DNA of 62,817 nt, the filler included, from Aduncisulcus paluster (lineage: Eukaryota), in the NCBI GenBank assembly GCA_024181965.1. It is 11 parts of 11 records of this genome, joined end to end, with 100 filler letters (N's around TTAATTAATTAA, not from the genome) between each part and the next. Parts side by side here need not be neighbours in the genome. Positions count along the whole stretch, not along the records: positions 46,129 to 48,796 come from BQXS01011463.1; positions 48,897 to 52,457 come from BQXS01011464.1; positions 52,558 to 55,803 come from BQXS01011465.1; positions 55,904 to 59,839 come from BQXS01011466.1; 7 more parts are not named here. One strand, given 5' to 3'. Positions 47,098-57,730 of the stretch are shown here, in pieces. Position 1 is the first letter of the stretch, and the number at the start of each line of letters is the position of its first letter. The notes beneath the pieces were generated by a model, which was not told the DNA's origin, did not search any database, and was given only the letters and a program-made list of their open reading frames with translations. A program made the position numbers and the translations under genes.

Positions 47098-47673
47098 CTA
47101 TTTACCAAAAAAAAGTGCCACAATTACAAGATCATGCATTTTAGATTTGTTCCCTGAATCAAAAATTAGGGAGAACTTGGGATTTCTTTCAAGAAATTCT
47201 TCCCTATTATGTTTCATCATTGTCATTCCACACTGTTTCAATCTGTAATTTGACAATGACAACTTTCCCTTTGTAGCCCTCAATGATTCAATTACATCGG
47301 TACAATATAACTCCTTGGATCGATTGAATGGAGTGGCTGTTTTGATCATAGCCTTTGCAAATTCCATCTCACTTCTGAAGGATGATTTTGAATGAAAAGA
47401 TGGTTCAATCTTCTTTGTGAAGCTGCACTCTGTAAACTTTTTTTGATGGGCACGAGACTTAATGTGATCAAGAATTCCTTGAACCTTAATTTTTGCAAAA
47501 GAAGTTCTACATAAGGAACATTTCAGTCGACAACCTGTTCCTTTTGTTGATTCTGCTTCGAAAGTTACTATCTTGCAATGTTCTCGAGCCAAAGGACAAG
47601 TCTTAATTTCTGAACAACCATAATACTTCTTAATTGCCTCGGCATACATCTTTTTGATCGTTTTTGGGGCCAT
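47098..47673 (-). pseudogene. Truncated hAT/CGGBP1-like transposase
   Basis: Zinc finger CSLC...HIKSRAHQK, helix EFAKAMIKTATPFNR, then FSLIFDSG (first DDE Asp strand), with a stop 17 codons later. Confidence 0.6.
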
Positions 47674-48221
47674 CTTGAACTAAATAGGTGAAGAAAAAAA
47701 AATGCGTATAGTACCCCCCCATTTTAAGCAAAAGGAAAGAATGACAAAGTACGATAAATACGACCATATATGAGCAGAATGATCAAGAAGGATCAAAAAT
47801 AAAAAGAAACAAATGTTAGTCATTTTGTTGAGATTTCTTGAAAGGTCGAAACATAAAATTTCAATCATGAGCAAAAACAAAAATTCTTAATTGAAAAAAT
47901 GAATACTATTCATGATAGTATCATACAGAGTGTCTCACGTTTTTTTAGTCAATCAGAAAACCAACAATAATAAATAAAATAATGCCAAGAATAAGCAATA
48001 TTTAATAAAAAGATAACAATATAAATGTTCTTCAAACATAAAATATGAAACATACTAATCACAAAGAAATCCTATCTCAGGTTCATAATTCAGAGTATTG
48101 AATCTAATAATTATAACAGAGTGTCCCAACTCACCGAATTTTTTTAAAATAAAAAAATTATAATGGTAATTACGCGGATTGTGCAACTATAAGGTAATAA
48201 ACAGACTTTCTTTATTTTCTA

Positions 48222-48375
48222 GCAACAATACGATTGTTGCAAAACAAAAGGTGTTGTAGATGAACAACATGCATTATCTTGCAACAATAGGATTGTTTTG
48301 CAACAACCCGATTGTTGTGCAACAGGTCCTGTTTTTATGCAACAGGTCTTGGTAATATGCAACACCGATATCGGC
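48222..48375. repeat. Array of ~20-nt GCAACA-initiated, partly palindromic units
   Basis: GCAACAAT-ACG-ATTGTTGC, GCAACAAT-AGG-ATTGTT, GCAACAA-CCCGA-TTGTTGT, GCAACAGG-T-CCTGTT, GCAACAGGTC, GCAACACCGATATCGG. Confidence 0.7.
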
Positions 48376-48420
48376 TATGAAATAAATAATTTTATTATTA
48401 TAAAACAAGAAATAATTGTT

Positions 48421-48680
48421 GATCTCCGTAGTATGGTGGTAGACTGGTGTCCTCTTATTCCGCAAAGTCCTGGGTTCGAATCTCGTCATCGGCCAATTTC
48501 GAGTATAGAACTACCGGCAAGTACCGGGCAAACGACACTACCCCAAAGGTTGATTGACGGCTTGGATTATGAGATGTCGTTTGTAGCCGACACTCGGAAT
48601 TCTCATACTGCTCCAGCCGTACGAACCATACTGCAGCGTTAAGGGATCGCCTAAAAATCGTTGTTTTTTTGCTTTTTGAA
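48421..48680 (+). mobile_element. tRNA-derived SINE-like element or pseudo-tRNA with body
   Basis: A box TAGTATGGTGG (48429), B box GGTTCGAATC (48473), CCA at 48493-48495; stems do not pair; ~160 nt of GC-balanced body then T runs. Confidence 0.55.
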
Positions 48681-48896
48681 AAATTCTTTTTATTGGCTAC
48701 ACTTTTTATTGGATTTAGAACAAATAATTTTTTTGTTGTTCTATTTTTAGAATTCTATTTTTAGAAATCACTTTTTTTATTTTCACTATAACCTTTNNNN
48801 NNNNNNNNNNNNNNNNNNNNNNNNNNNNNNNNNNNNNNNNTTAATTAATTAANNNNNNNNNNNNNNNNNNNNNNNNNNNNNNNNNNNNNNNNNNNN

Positions 48897-49484
48897 GTTG
48901 TTTCGTGCCACCAATAAATCCTTTGAGAAGGTTGTCATAATTTCTGAGAGTTCTTTGGATCAACACATAGCGTGGCTCCAAATAAATATCTTTCAATCCT
49001 TTGAGTTCAATCAGTAGTTTGTAGTCGTTTTTAATATATCGAAAGCATAAAAGCATTTTTGCGAGCAAAGGAAGCGCTCTTGCAGAAAACATATTTGTAA
49101 TCGAAACGATGGTTTCTAGCGTATGATCTTTTTTCAATCTACAATTCAGTTATGATTGGATATCATGTGAGAATATAAACAAAATCAAAATAAAATAGTT
49201 AATGATGGTATTGTAAATATAAAATGGTCGCATAATCATATCCAGATGGAGTGGATTCGCGGGTATTAAGGGAAAATGATTACATACTCTTGACAGTAAC
49301 TATTATAGATATCATATATCCTTCCTGTGATTTTAGCCACAAAATTAGCGACATTCACAGCTATTTGTTCATCCATTTAATTAATTCGAGCACAACAACA
49401 GTATCATTTCATATCTTTTTTTGCGTGAATCATCATCACAATTGTAGAAACTATTTCGAATGAATGACCAGTTTTTTGAAGTTT
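48897..49484 (-). repeat. 588-bp inverted copy of 50933-51520
   Basis: Reverse complement matches throughout with no difference seen; truncated by the contig start. Confidence 0.93.
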
Positions 49485-49537
49485 AAAGTTCTATTTATTT
49501 AATAAAATTCTGACAATCAATGAAGAATTGTAAGATC

Positions 49538-50815
49538 TTATTTCGTCGAAACTATTAAGAGAACTGCCCCCACAATACCATTTTCAAACAAATTCATTTC
49601 ATTATATTCAAGAGACCTCCTAGGTAATGTTCCTACTACTATATCAATCTTGGAAACTGGAACATGAAGTTTTTCTGAGACATAATAGAACAAAGTCTTG
49701 GCTTTAAGGGTTCCAAGAACCTTGATTTCCTCTGAAGATGCATCTGGATAACGCATTTTAATCCTAACAACGACTTTTGATCCAGAATTTTCCAATAAAG
49801 CTTTCTCCTTTGCGGATTTAAGAGCTTCTTGCCAATTGAAAAGAGGAAAACTATCATAGAGATCCTCGCTGGATGATTCCATCGAAGGTTCATCCTTCAC
49901 AATCGCAACACTTGCCGACTGAGATCCGAGAATGGTGGATTTCTTCCCTGTAAAATGCACTTCGCTGCTCGATGACTCCTCACGTTCCGGCTTTGATTCC
50001 ATCCTCGGGTGGAATCTCCCAGATATGGCTGATCTCTTTGGAGCAGAAGAAGAAGAAGATGTGGAAACACTTCTTGTCCCACTTGTAGTACTCGCAATCT
50101 CATCTTTCTCATCTTCACCCAAAAGACCATCTTCATCGATTGCTTGCTCTTTTTGATCAAGTTCTACAGCAGCAGAGGCGACTATTGAGGAATGAGTATC
50201 CGGGACAGCAACCCCGGCTTCCCTTGCAAGCATATCGGCCTCTGTCTCATTGGGGAGCATACGAACAGCTACATCAAGCCAAGACAAGAAGGATTGTGGC
50301 GAAGAAATATCTTTTTTGGAGGCTAAGGCACCAAGATTGAACGTTGAAGAGGACATAGTATGTAAAATGGCCGCAAATGGATAAAAGGAACGCTTACGTC
50401 CCCTCAAAAAAATAGATAATAATTCTGGTAAACGAGTCGATCCCATAAAAAAACATAGTTTGTCTTGAATAACATCAATTACATTCTGATCGGTGATGAC
50501 ATTTCGGCAGAAGGAATCAGAATGAACGTTATCGGGTGAGTGAATAAATAATAATATATCTTTTGATTCTCCATAAGCGGCTGAAATTGATTCATTAAGA
50601 GTTTCTCCAGCCATGATGGGATGTTTTGTTGTATCACCTTTACAAAATGATTTTTCAAATCGTTTGACAAATTCTTTCTCCCATGAAGGAGAAATTAAAT
50701 CACTTAACCATCTGAACAATCCTTTAGGTCTTTGTATTGTAGGTTGAGCAGCCAACTCAGCACGAACATGAGAAGGAGGTACTGAAGGTCTAGAAGCATC
50801 ATGTCTATCGGCCAT
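49538..50815 (-). CDS. UAS + UBX domain protein (FAF1/FAF2-like p97 cofactor)
   Basis: KDILLFIHSPDNVHSDSFCRNVI (UAS) and VRIKMRYPD...LFYYV...TLPRRSL...LFENGI (UBX). Confidence 0.8.
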   Translation of the reverse strand: MADRHDASRPSVPPSHVRAELAAQPTIQRPKGLFRWLSDLISPSWEKEFVKRFEKSFCKGDTTKHPIMAGETLNESISAAYGESKDILLFIHSPDNVHSDSFCRNVITDQNVIDVIQDKLCFFMGSTRLPELLSIFLRGRKRSFYPFAAILHTMSSSTFNLGALASKKDISSPQSFLSWLDVAVRMLPNETEADMLAREAGVAVPDTHSSIVASAAVELDQKEQAIDEDGLLGEDEKDEIASTTSGTRSVSTSSSSSAPKRSAISGRFHPRMESKPEREESSSSEVHFTGKKSTILGSQSASVAIVKDEPSMESSSEDLYDSFPLFNWQEALKSAKEKALLENSGSKVVVRIKMRYPDASSEEIKVLGTLKAKTLFYYVSEKLHVPVSKIDIVVGTLPRRSLEYNEMNLFENGIVGAVLLIVSTK

Positions 50816-51040
50816 ATTTTGTTGTATATATTAATTATCCTGTCAATAAAAAAAAATACCTTTCAGTGTGGCAACAAAACGTAATTAAAAGATCTCGATA
50901 TCTACAAATATAGTTTAAAAATAAGTGGAAAGAAACTTCAAAAAACTGGTCATTCATTCGAAATAGTTTCTACAATTGTGATGATGATTCACGCAAAAAA
51001 AGATATGAAATGATACTGTTGTTGTGCTCGAATTAATTAA

Positions 51041-52457
51041 ATGGATGAACAAATAGCTGTGAATGTCGCTAATTTTGTGGCTAAAATCACAGGAAGGATA
51101 TATGATATCTATAATAGTTACTGTCAAGAGTATGTAATCATTTTCCCTTAATACCCGCGAATCCACTCCATCTGGATATGATTATGCGACCATTTTATAT
51201 TTACAATACCATCATTAACTATTTTATTTTGATTTTGTTTATATTCTCACATGATATCCAATCATAACTGAATTGTAGATTGAAAAAAGATCATACGCTA
51301 GAAACCATCGTTTCGATTACAAATATGTTTTCTGCAAGAGCGCTTCCTTTGCTCGCAAAAATGCTTTTATGCTTTCGATATATTAAAAACGACTACAAAC
51401 TACTGATTGAACTCAAAGGATTGAAAGATATTTATTTGGAGCCACGCTATGTGTTGATCCAAAGAACTCTCAGAAATTATGACAACCTTCTCAAAGGATT
51501 TATTGGTGGCACGAAACAACGCTATCAAACAGAGTTTGCTCAAGAGATGGCATGCTTTCGCTTCCCAACCTTTCTTCCTCTCTATCTTGTTCCCTCATAC
51601 CCTAAGATGGATGATGACCTTATCCGTAACTGCACGTTGTTCTTACAGCGACAAAACGTTTCCCAAGCTGTGCTCCATGCTGGTGCTGTTGTCAATAATG
51701 TAATCAAACGCATTGGTTATCAATCGCGGCACAAGCATGTTTCTTCACACAGACATATCCAAAAGCATCCAACATCACATCTCGATAAAGCAGGAGAGTT
51801 CTTTGGGCATCAATTCCCAAAGAACGACTATCTGCATATGTTCATCCCGGGTGCATCTTCGCACACCTCCATTGTGCGTCTTCAACGGGATGCCGAGCAA
51901 ACATCGTCCTGCATAGACTCTGACATTCTTGCTTTCATTCATCGCCAACTATATCCTTCAGCGAATGATGTTGAGTTCTCTCCCGAATACATTGCCATGA
52001 CCACACAGACACACACACCATCACATTCGTCGTCGAGTCTCTCATCAAGGAGTTCCCTCGGCATGTCGTCTCCTTCCGATATGTCTTACGGCTCACCTTT
52101 CTGGCCTCGTGTGGGCAATGCACAGGTCACGAGTCCTACGAACTTTCGAAGACCCCAAGGGACAACGAACCTTTCTGATGGGTCACTATTGAATGTTTTT
52201 GATACCGCTCATATGCTCAAGCATGGTGCAAGCAGTGCTGTACTATCGAACACTCCAATTCCACACGTCCTGTCGGCGGCCCTTTCAACCGTCTCGCGTA
52301 TCGCACGTGCTGTGCTGTCCTCGACATTGTTATGCAGGGAGTCCCTTCCTCTCCAGAGCATTCCCAGTGAAGTTCCCGCCAAAGTTGATGACCAAGGTGT
52401 GCACAACGTTAACATTGCCTTGGGTGGACATGGTTCTTCCATGCCAGGAAGTGTCTT
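51041..52457 (+). CDS. Hypothetical protein, one intron, 3'-truncated
   Basis: Exon 51041-51129 (MDEQIAVNVANF...CQ), intron GTATGT..TAG 51130-51278, in frame with the ORF at 51280. Confidence 0.75.
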
Positions 52458-52557
52458 NNNNNNNNNNNNNNNNNNNNNNNNNNNNNNNNNNNNNNNNNNN
52501 NTTAATTAATTAANNNNNNNNNNNNNNNNNNNNNNNNNNNNNNNNNNNNNNNNNNNN

Positions 52558-53557
52558 TGGCACCGGGCTTCTGATCTGACCTGTCAAGAGTTGCACGAAT
52601 ACTGGCCTCCTGGAGATCTTTCATAATCTCTTCACAGCGAGCAAAGACAACCTCAGAGTCCTTCTTCTTCATGATAATTGGAACAACAACGACCTGATAA
52701 CGAGCAATGGCTGGAGGGAGGATGAAACCAGTGTCGTCACCATGGACAGCAAGAGTGGCAGCAAGGAGACGGGTACTAACACCATAGCAGGTCATCCACA
52801 CATGCTGGAACTCATTCTTTTCATCTAAATACTTGATATCACATGCCTTGGCGAATTTCTGACCAAGGTAGTGGGCACCGACAGTCTGCAAAACACGACC
52901 GCATGGCATAATTGTATCCATAACCTCACTGCACTCTCCACCTCCAAAACGGTCCCAATCAGGTCTAGTCAAGATAAGTCCAGTAAAACCAAGAGTTTCT
53001 TCGATAACGCGTTTGTAACCAACCCAGGCCATCCGAAGATTCTCGAGAGCATCCTCTTTGGTGGCGTGGCATGTGTGGGCTTCATTCCAGGGAATTTCAC
53101 GAACACGGATCAAGGGACGTGTGTTTTTGGTCTCATGACGATAAACGGAACATGTTTGGTGAACCTTAAGAGGAAGATCCCGGAAAGAACGAACCCAAAG
53201 GCTGAACATATTGTACATGGCTGTTTCAGATGTAGGACGGAGAGCAAGAGGAACATCAAGGTCTTTATCGCCTCCTTTGGTCGTCCAGAAACATTCGGCT
53301 TTAAAACCTTCAATGTGACTCTCCTCTTGACGGAGATAAAATTCAGGAATGCAAAGAGGGAATTGAACTTTCTCAATACCTTGAAGAGTCCATTGTTTCT
53401 CGATTAGTTCCATAATCGAAGAGTGAAGGAACCAACCGTAGGGACGCCATACGGGCATCCCTTTAACGGGATACCTTTTATCAACCACTTCACCGTCTTC
53501 CAGCATGGTTTCGTACCAAGCTGCAAATTGGTCTTCCTTGGAGATGGGACTGCTCAT
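52558..53557 (-). CDS. proS: Prolyl-tRNA synthetase, archaeal type, 3'-truncated
   Basis: RYPVKGMPVWRPYG, LRPTSET, YRHETKNTRPLIRVREI, HYLGQKF, TCYGVSTR, LPPAIARYQVVVVPI. Likely start MSSPISK. Confidence 0.95.
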
Positions 53558-54504
53558 TTCGAAGAAAAGAAAGGATATTCCCTCAATCATCATTCAACAC
53601 ATGAATAGTCATGAACAGTTCGGGACAGTGGGGAGAAATCATAAGACTCAATTATGTGTTTATAAATAAATGCATATTATATACAAAAAATTCTGGGGTC
53701 CTGCGTTAGAAATGTAAGTGGGTTTTCTTGTCATTCAAAAGCATTTTAAATATGAAAATAGTTTCTAATCATCATGTACATCTTATCTAAAAAATTAAAT
53801 TGGTAGATTAAGCCTGAACATTTAAATCCGTTCTCTACAATAAGTTTTGTGACTAATGGTATTTATTCATTGCTCACACATCAATATATAAAAATCTCTT
53901 TCACAATTCAAAATTGCAGTTAAAATCTGAATATCTTCGACTGGGGTCTTCTATTGTCGTTCACCGATGAAAGTTGTTCTTTACATTATTCCAAAGCTCG
54001 ATAATGGAATGCCACTTATTTATTTATTTAAATTTATTTGTAGGTATCATGTTTAAAAACCCGTTTTGTCCTTTCATACGAGAATACTTTCCCTATGCTT
54101 TATTCTCACTTGGCATTGTGTAACTTCTTAGATGATTCACAAATCTTATATATTTCATTTATTTTGTGATAAATATTATTGGTAACTCGGTGATCCTTAT
54201 GTAATTTTTGAAGAAAACCATCGTCTGGTGTACCTCAGAAATGTAGATTCGACATCATATTCTATCTCTAAAATTGGAATTGAATAAAATAATAACACTT
54301 AAATTTAAATTTAAAAATTCCTTTATTCAAGTGAATTTCAAAATTCGTAATATTTAAGCACATAGAGTTTGTCTCCTTAATCTTTGCTTCCGACATAATT
54401 TCACATTTTTAATATCTTGTTATATTATCTATTAATCTAATTTACTTTCGATAAAGTAGTAGAATATATATATCTTTTCACGCAGTATGCAATATTGATA
54501 TTGA

Positions 54505-55803
54505 ATGGCTGAAGAAGAGATTACGATGAAAATAGAAGAAATAAGGAAGGATTTTAAACAAAGATCCCAAAGAATACTTAATTATCGACCCCGTCCGGTT
54601 GATCCGAAAGAAGAATTGGCCAGAAAACGGGATAATGAAAAAACTATGGCTGCCTTTCAACGTCGTAGAGAAGAGATACGTATGAAGATTCAAAGCAAAA
54701 TAGCATTAGAAGAACGTTTGAAAAAAGAAGCTGAGCGACGGGAATTAGAAAGAATAGCCAAATTAGAACAAGCAAAGAAAGATGCGGAGGAAGCTCGCAA
54801 GAAACGAGAAGAAGAGGAAGAAAAAAGAAGAAAAGAGGAGGAATTGAAACGAAGAGAGGAAGAAAAAGAGCGTCAGAGAAGAGCGGAAGAACTCAAACGA
54901 AAAGAAGAAGAAGAACGAAAGAGAAGAGAAGAAGAAGAAAAAAGAAGACAAAAAGAAGAAGAGGAAGAACGAAAAAGAAGAGAAGAAGAGGAAGAACGCA
55001 AAAGAAGAGAAGAAGAGGAGGAAAGGAAAAGAAGAGAAGAAGAGCGGAAGAAAAGAGAAGAAGAAGAAGAGCGGAAGCGAAAGCAAGAAGAGGAAGAACA
55101 GAAACGCAAAGAAGAAGAGGAATGCAAGAGAAAAGAAGAAGAAGAGAGGAAACGAAAGGCAGAAGAAGAAGAGGAACGTAAGCGAAAGCAAGAAGAAGAG
55201 AGGAAACGAAAAGCAGAAGAGAACGAAAGAGAAGAGAAGAAGAAGAAAAAAGAAGACAAAAAGAAGAAGAGGAAGAACGAAAAAGAAGAGAAGAAGAGGA
55301 AGAACGCAAAAGAAGAGAAGAAGAGGAGGAAAGGAAAAGAAGAGAAGAAAAGAAGAAGAAAAAAGAAGACAAAAAGAAGAAGAGGAAGAACGAAAAAGAA
55401 GAGAAGAAGAGGAAGAACGCAAAAGAAGAGAAGAAGAGGAGGAAAGGAAAAGAAGAGAAGAAGAGCGGAAGAAAAGAGAAGAAGAAGAAGAGCGGAAGCG
55501 AAAGCAAGAAGAGGAAGAACAGAAACGCAAAGAAGAAGAGGAATGCAAGAGAAAAGAAGAAGAAGAGAGGAAACGAAAGGCAGAAGAAGAAGAGGAACGT
55601 AAGCGAAAGCAAGAAGAAGAGAGGAAACGAAAAGCAGAAGAGGAGGAATGCAAGAGAAAAGAAGAAGAAGAGAGGAAACGAAAGGCAGAAGAAGAAGAGG
55701 AACGCAAGAGAAAAGAAGAAGAAGAGAAGAAACGAAAGGCAGAAGAGGAGGAACGCAAGAGAAAAGACTTTGAACGCAAACAAAAACAAGAAGAACGTAA
55801 GAG
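54505..55803 (+). CDS. E/K/R-repeat charged helical protein with frameshifts, 3'-truncated
   Basis: Repeats such as EEEERKRK. The frame slips after ~55220, where a garbled second copy of ~54915-55220 begins. Confidence 0.7.
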
Positions 55804-55903
55804 NNNNNNNNNNNNNNNNNNNNNNNNNNNNNNNNNNNNNNNNNNNNTTAATTAATTAANNNNNNNNNNNNNNNNNNNNNNNNNNNNNNNNNNNNNNNNN
55901 NNN

Positions 55904-57599
55904 ATCGTATCCCTCGTCCTTTGTATATCCTTGACCTTCTTGATGCAGATATGAAAGGTGAATATGGATTTATCATGGAATATTGTGCTGGAGGCAGTGT
56001 GAGTGCATTTGCTAGAAGTTGGTGTGATGATGGCAAGTATGTGAGTGATATTGGTGATGCTGATGATAGTGAAGATTCTGATTCATCTTGTATTTCTGAT
56101 TCTGACTCCAAGTATAATATTGGCACAACTCATTTTGATCCCATGACACTAAATCCTGTGAAAGTATGTTCTCTCTGTGTTGGCATGATTGAGTGTCTTG
56201 ATGATGTGTTTAGAGCAAAGAAAGACCTTGTCCATCGAGATGTCAAACCTGATAACTTCCTTGTTCGTGTTGATCCCAAAGATGGAGAATGTACAGTTGT
56301 TCTCTCTGATCTTGGAATGGTCCAAGTCTTAGATTCTATCACATCATCTGTAACTTCCAAGAGTTATATTCCTTCCTCTTCTTCCACCAAACAAGAAAAA
56401 CAACTTTCACAACCTAAACCCTCTGCTTGTGGAACTATCGTGTATAATTCTTATGAGACTCTCTGTGAAGGAAAACAGACTCAAAGGAGTGATGGATATT
56501 CTCTTGGAATGTCGATTCTTGCCTTGTTCCAATGCGCTGATCCCTTCATATCCCTGCCTGTATTTCGAGGTGTTGTTAATAGTTATGATATTATGCATAC
56601 CATGCTGAGTTTGATGGAAAAGAATAGAGTTCCCAGATTATGTTCTTCTGATCTCTTCAAAACATTACGAACCATTGAAGATGGGAAATATAAATCTGTT
56701 CATGCATGTTTGAATGAAATATTCACAGGTCTCACTAAACTCAATGAAGATGAACGTATGAGTGTTCATGAAGCTCGCAAGAAAGTGCAATCTATCAAAG
56801 ATTTATTGCCCCAGATTGGAGAAGGAGCAGAATTTAAATGTCCATCCATTGAGGATATTGTAAAACGTCAGCTTGAAAAGTATAAAGGGTACGCTGGATG
56901 TATTGAAGAGGTAAAGGAAGATGAAACTGAAAAACAGAAACAAGATAGTGAATCATCACCAAGACATGCTACACCCACTTTAACAACAACAAGTCCTTCT
57001 GAAATGGAGAAGAAAACAGGAGATGGCAATCAACCTCTTCCTGTAAGTTCAAGCTATACTATAGGCACTAGTAGTGGAAGTAAGACAAGAATATCTCCAA
57101 AGATTGAGGAAAAGAAGAAGCTTGAGGAAGAAGAGGAAGAAAGAGAACATGACACTCAAATTGAAGATAAAGATACAGGTGTGGANNNNNNNNNNNNNNN
57201 NNNNNTGAATCATCACCAAGACATGCTACACCCACTTTAACAACAACAAGTCCTTCTGAAATGGAGAAGAAAACAGGAGATGGCAATCAACCTCTTCCTG
57301 TAAGTTCAAGCTATACTATAGGCACTAGTAGTGGAAGTAAGACAAGAATATCTCCAAAGATTGAGGAAAAGAAGAAGCTTGAGGAAGAAGAGGAAGAAAG
57401 AGAACATGACACTCAAATTGAAGATAAAGATACAGGTGTGGATGGTTCTGGCTATCATATCTTCCCATCAGGTATCTCAAAAGACACTTTCTCACTTAGT
57501 GCTATGAGTTCAATTCATAGTACACAGTTCCAGTCATCAGAACTTGATAAAGAGCACGATAAGGAACATGATAAGCAACATGATACTCCCCATGAGTAA
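55904..57599 (+). CDS. C-terminal half of the same (or near-identical) kinase as 7233-12705; 5'-truncated
   Basis: 55905-56429 matches the reverse complement of 7757-7233 with four substitutions seen; continues CGTIVYNSYE, SDGYSLG, ERMS. Collapsing the 237-bp overlap across the 20-N gap gives one frame to TAA at 57599. Confidence 0.9.
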
Positions 57600-57730
57600 C
57601 TGGATTCAATCAGATCACTGTCTATCTCATTGGCTGCTTTAAAGATGAAGAATGGACCATAATTTCTGACTCTGTCAGACTGAATAAATGTATATCCGTC
57701 GTATGCTGTAAACGAATCAAAATAAGGGCA

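Noticed and set aside
48222-48375. CRISPR-like array
   Set aside because: Units are degenerate, ~20 nt, lack unique spacers; eukaryotic context with no cas genes.
48421-48495. Functional tRNA gene
   Set aside because: Acceptor and anticodon stems do not pair; kept only as a tRNA-derived head.
54763-55789. Long Phe/Ser/Leu-rich minus-strand ORFs and apparent programmed frameshifts
   Set aside because: Shadows of a GAA/AAG-rich coding repeat; the slips lie in poorly assembled low-complexity sequence. The same applies to ~22470-22535.
56949-57442. 237-bp direct repeat around a 20-N gap
   Set aside because: Unmerged scaffold overlap; collapsing it restores a single ORF.
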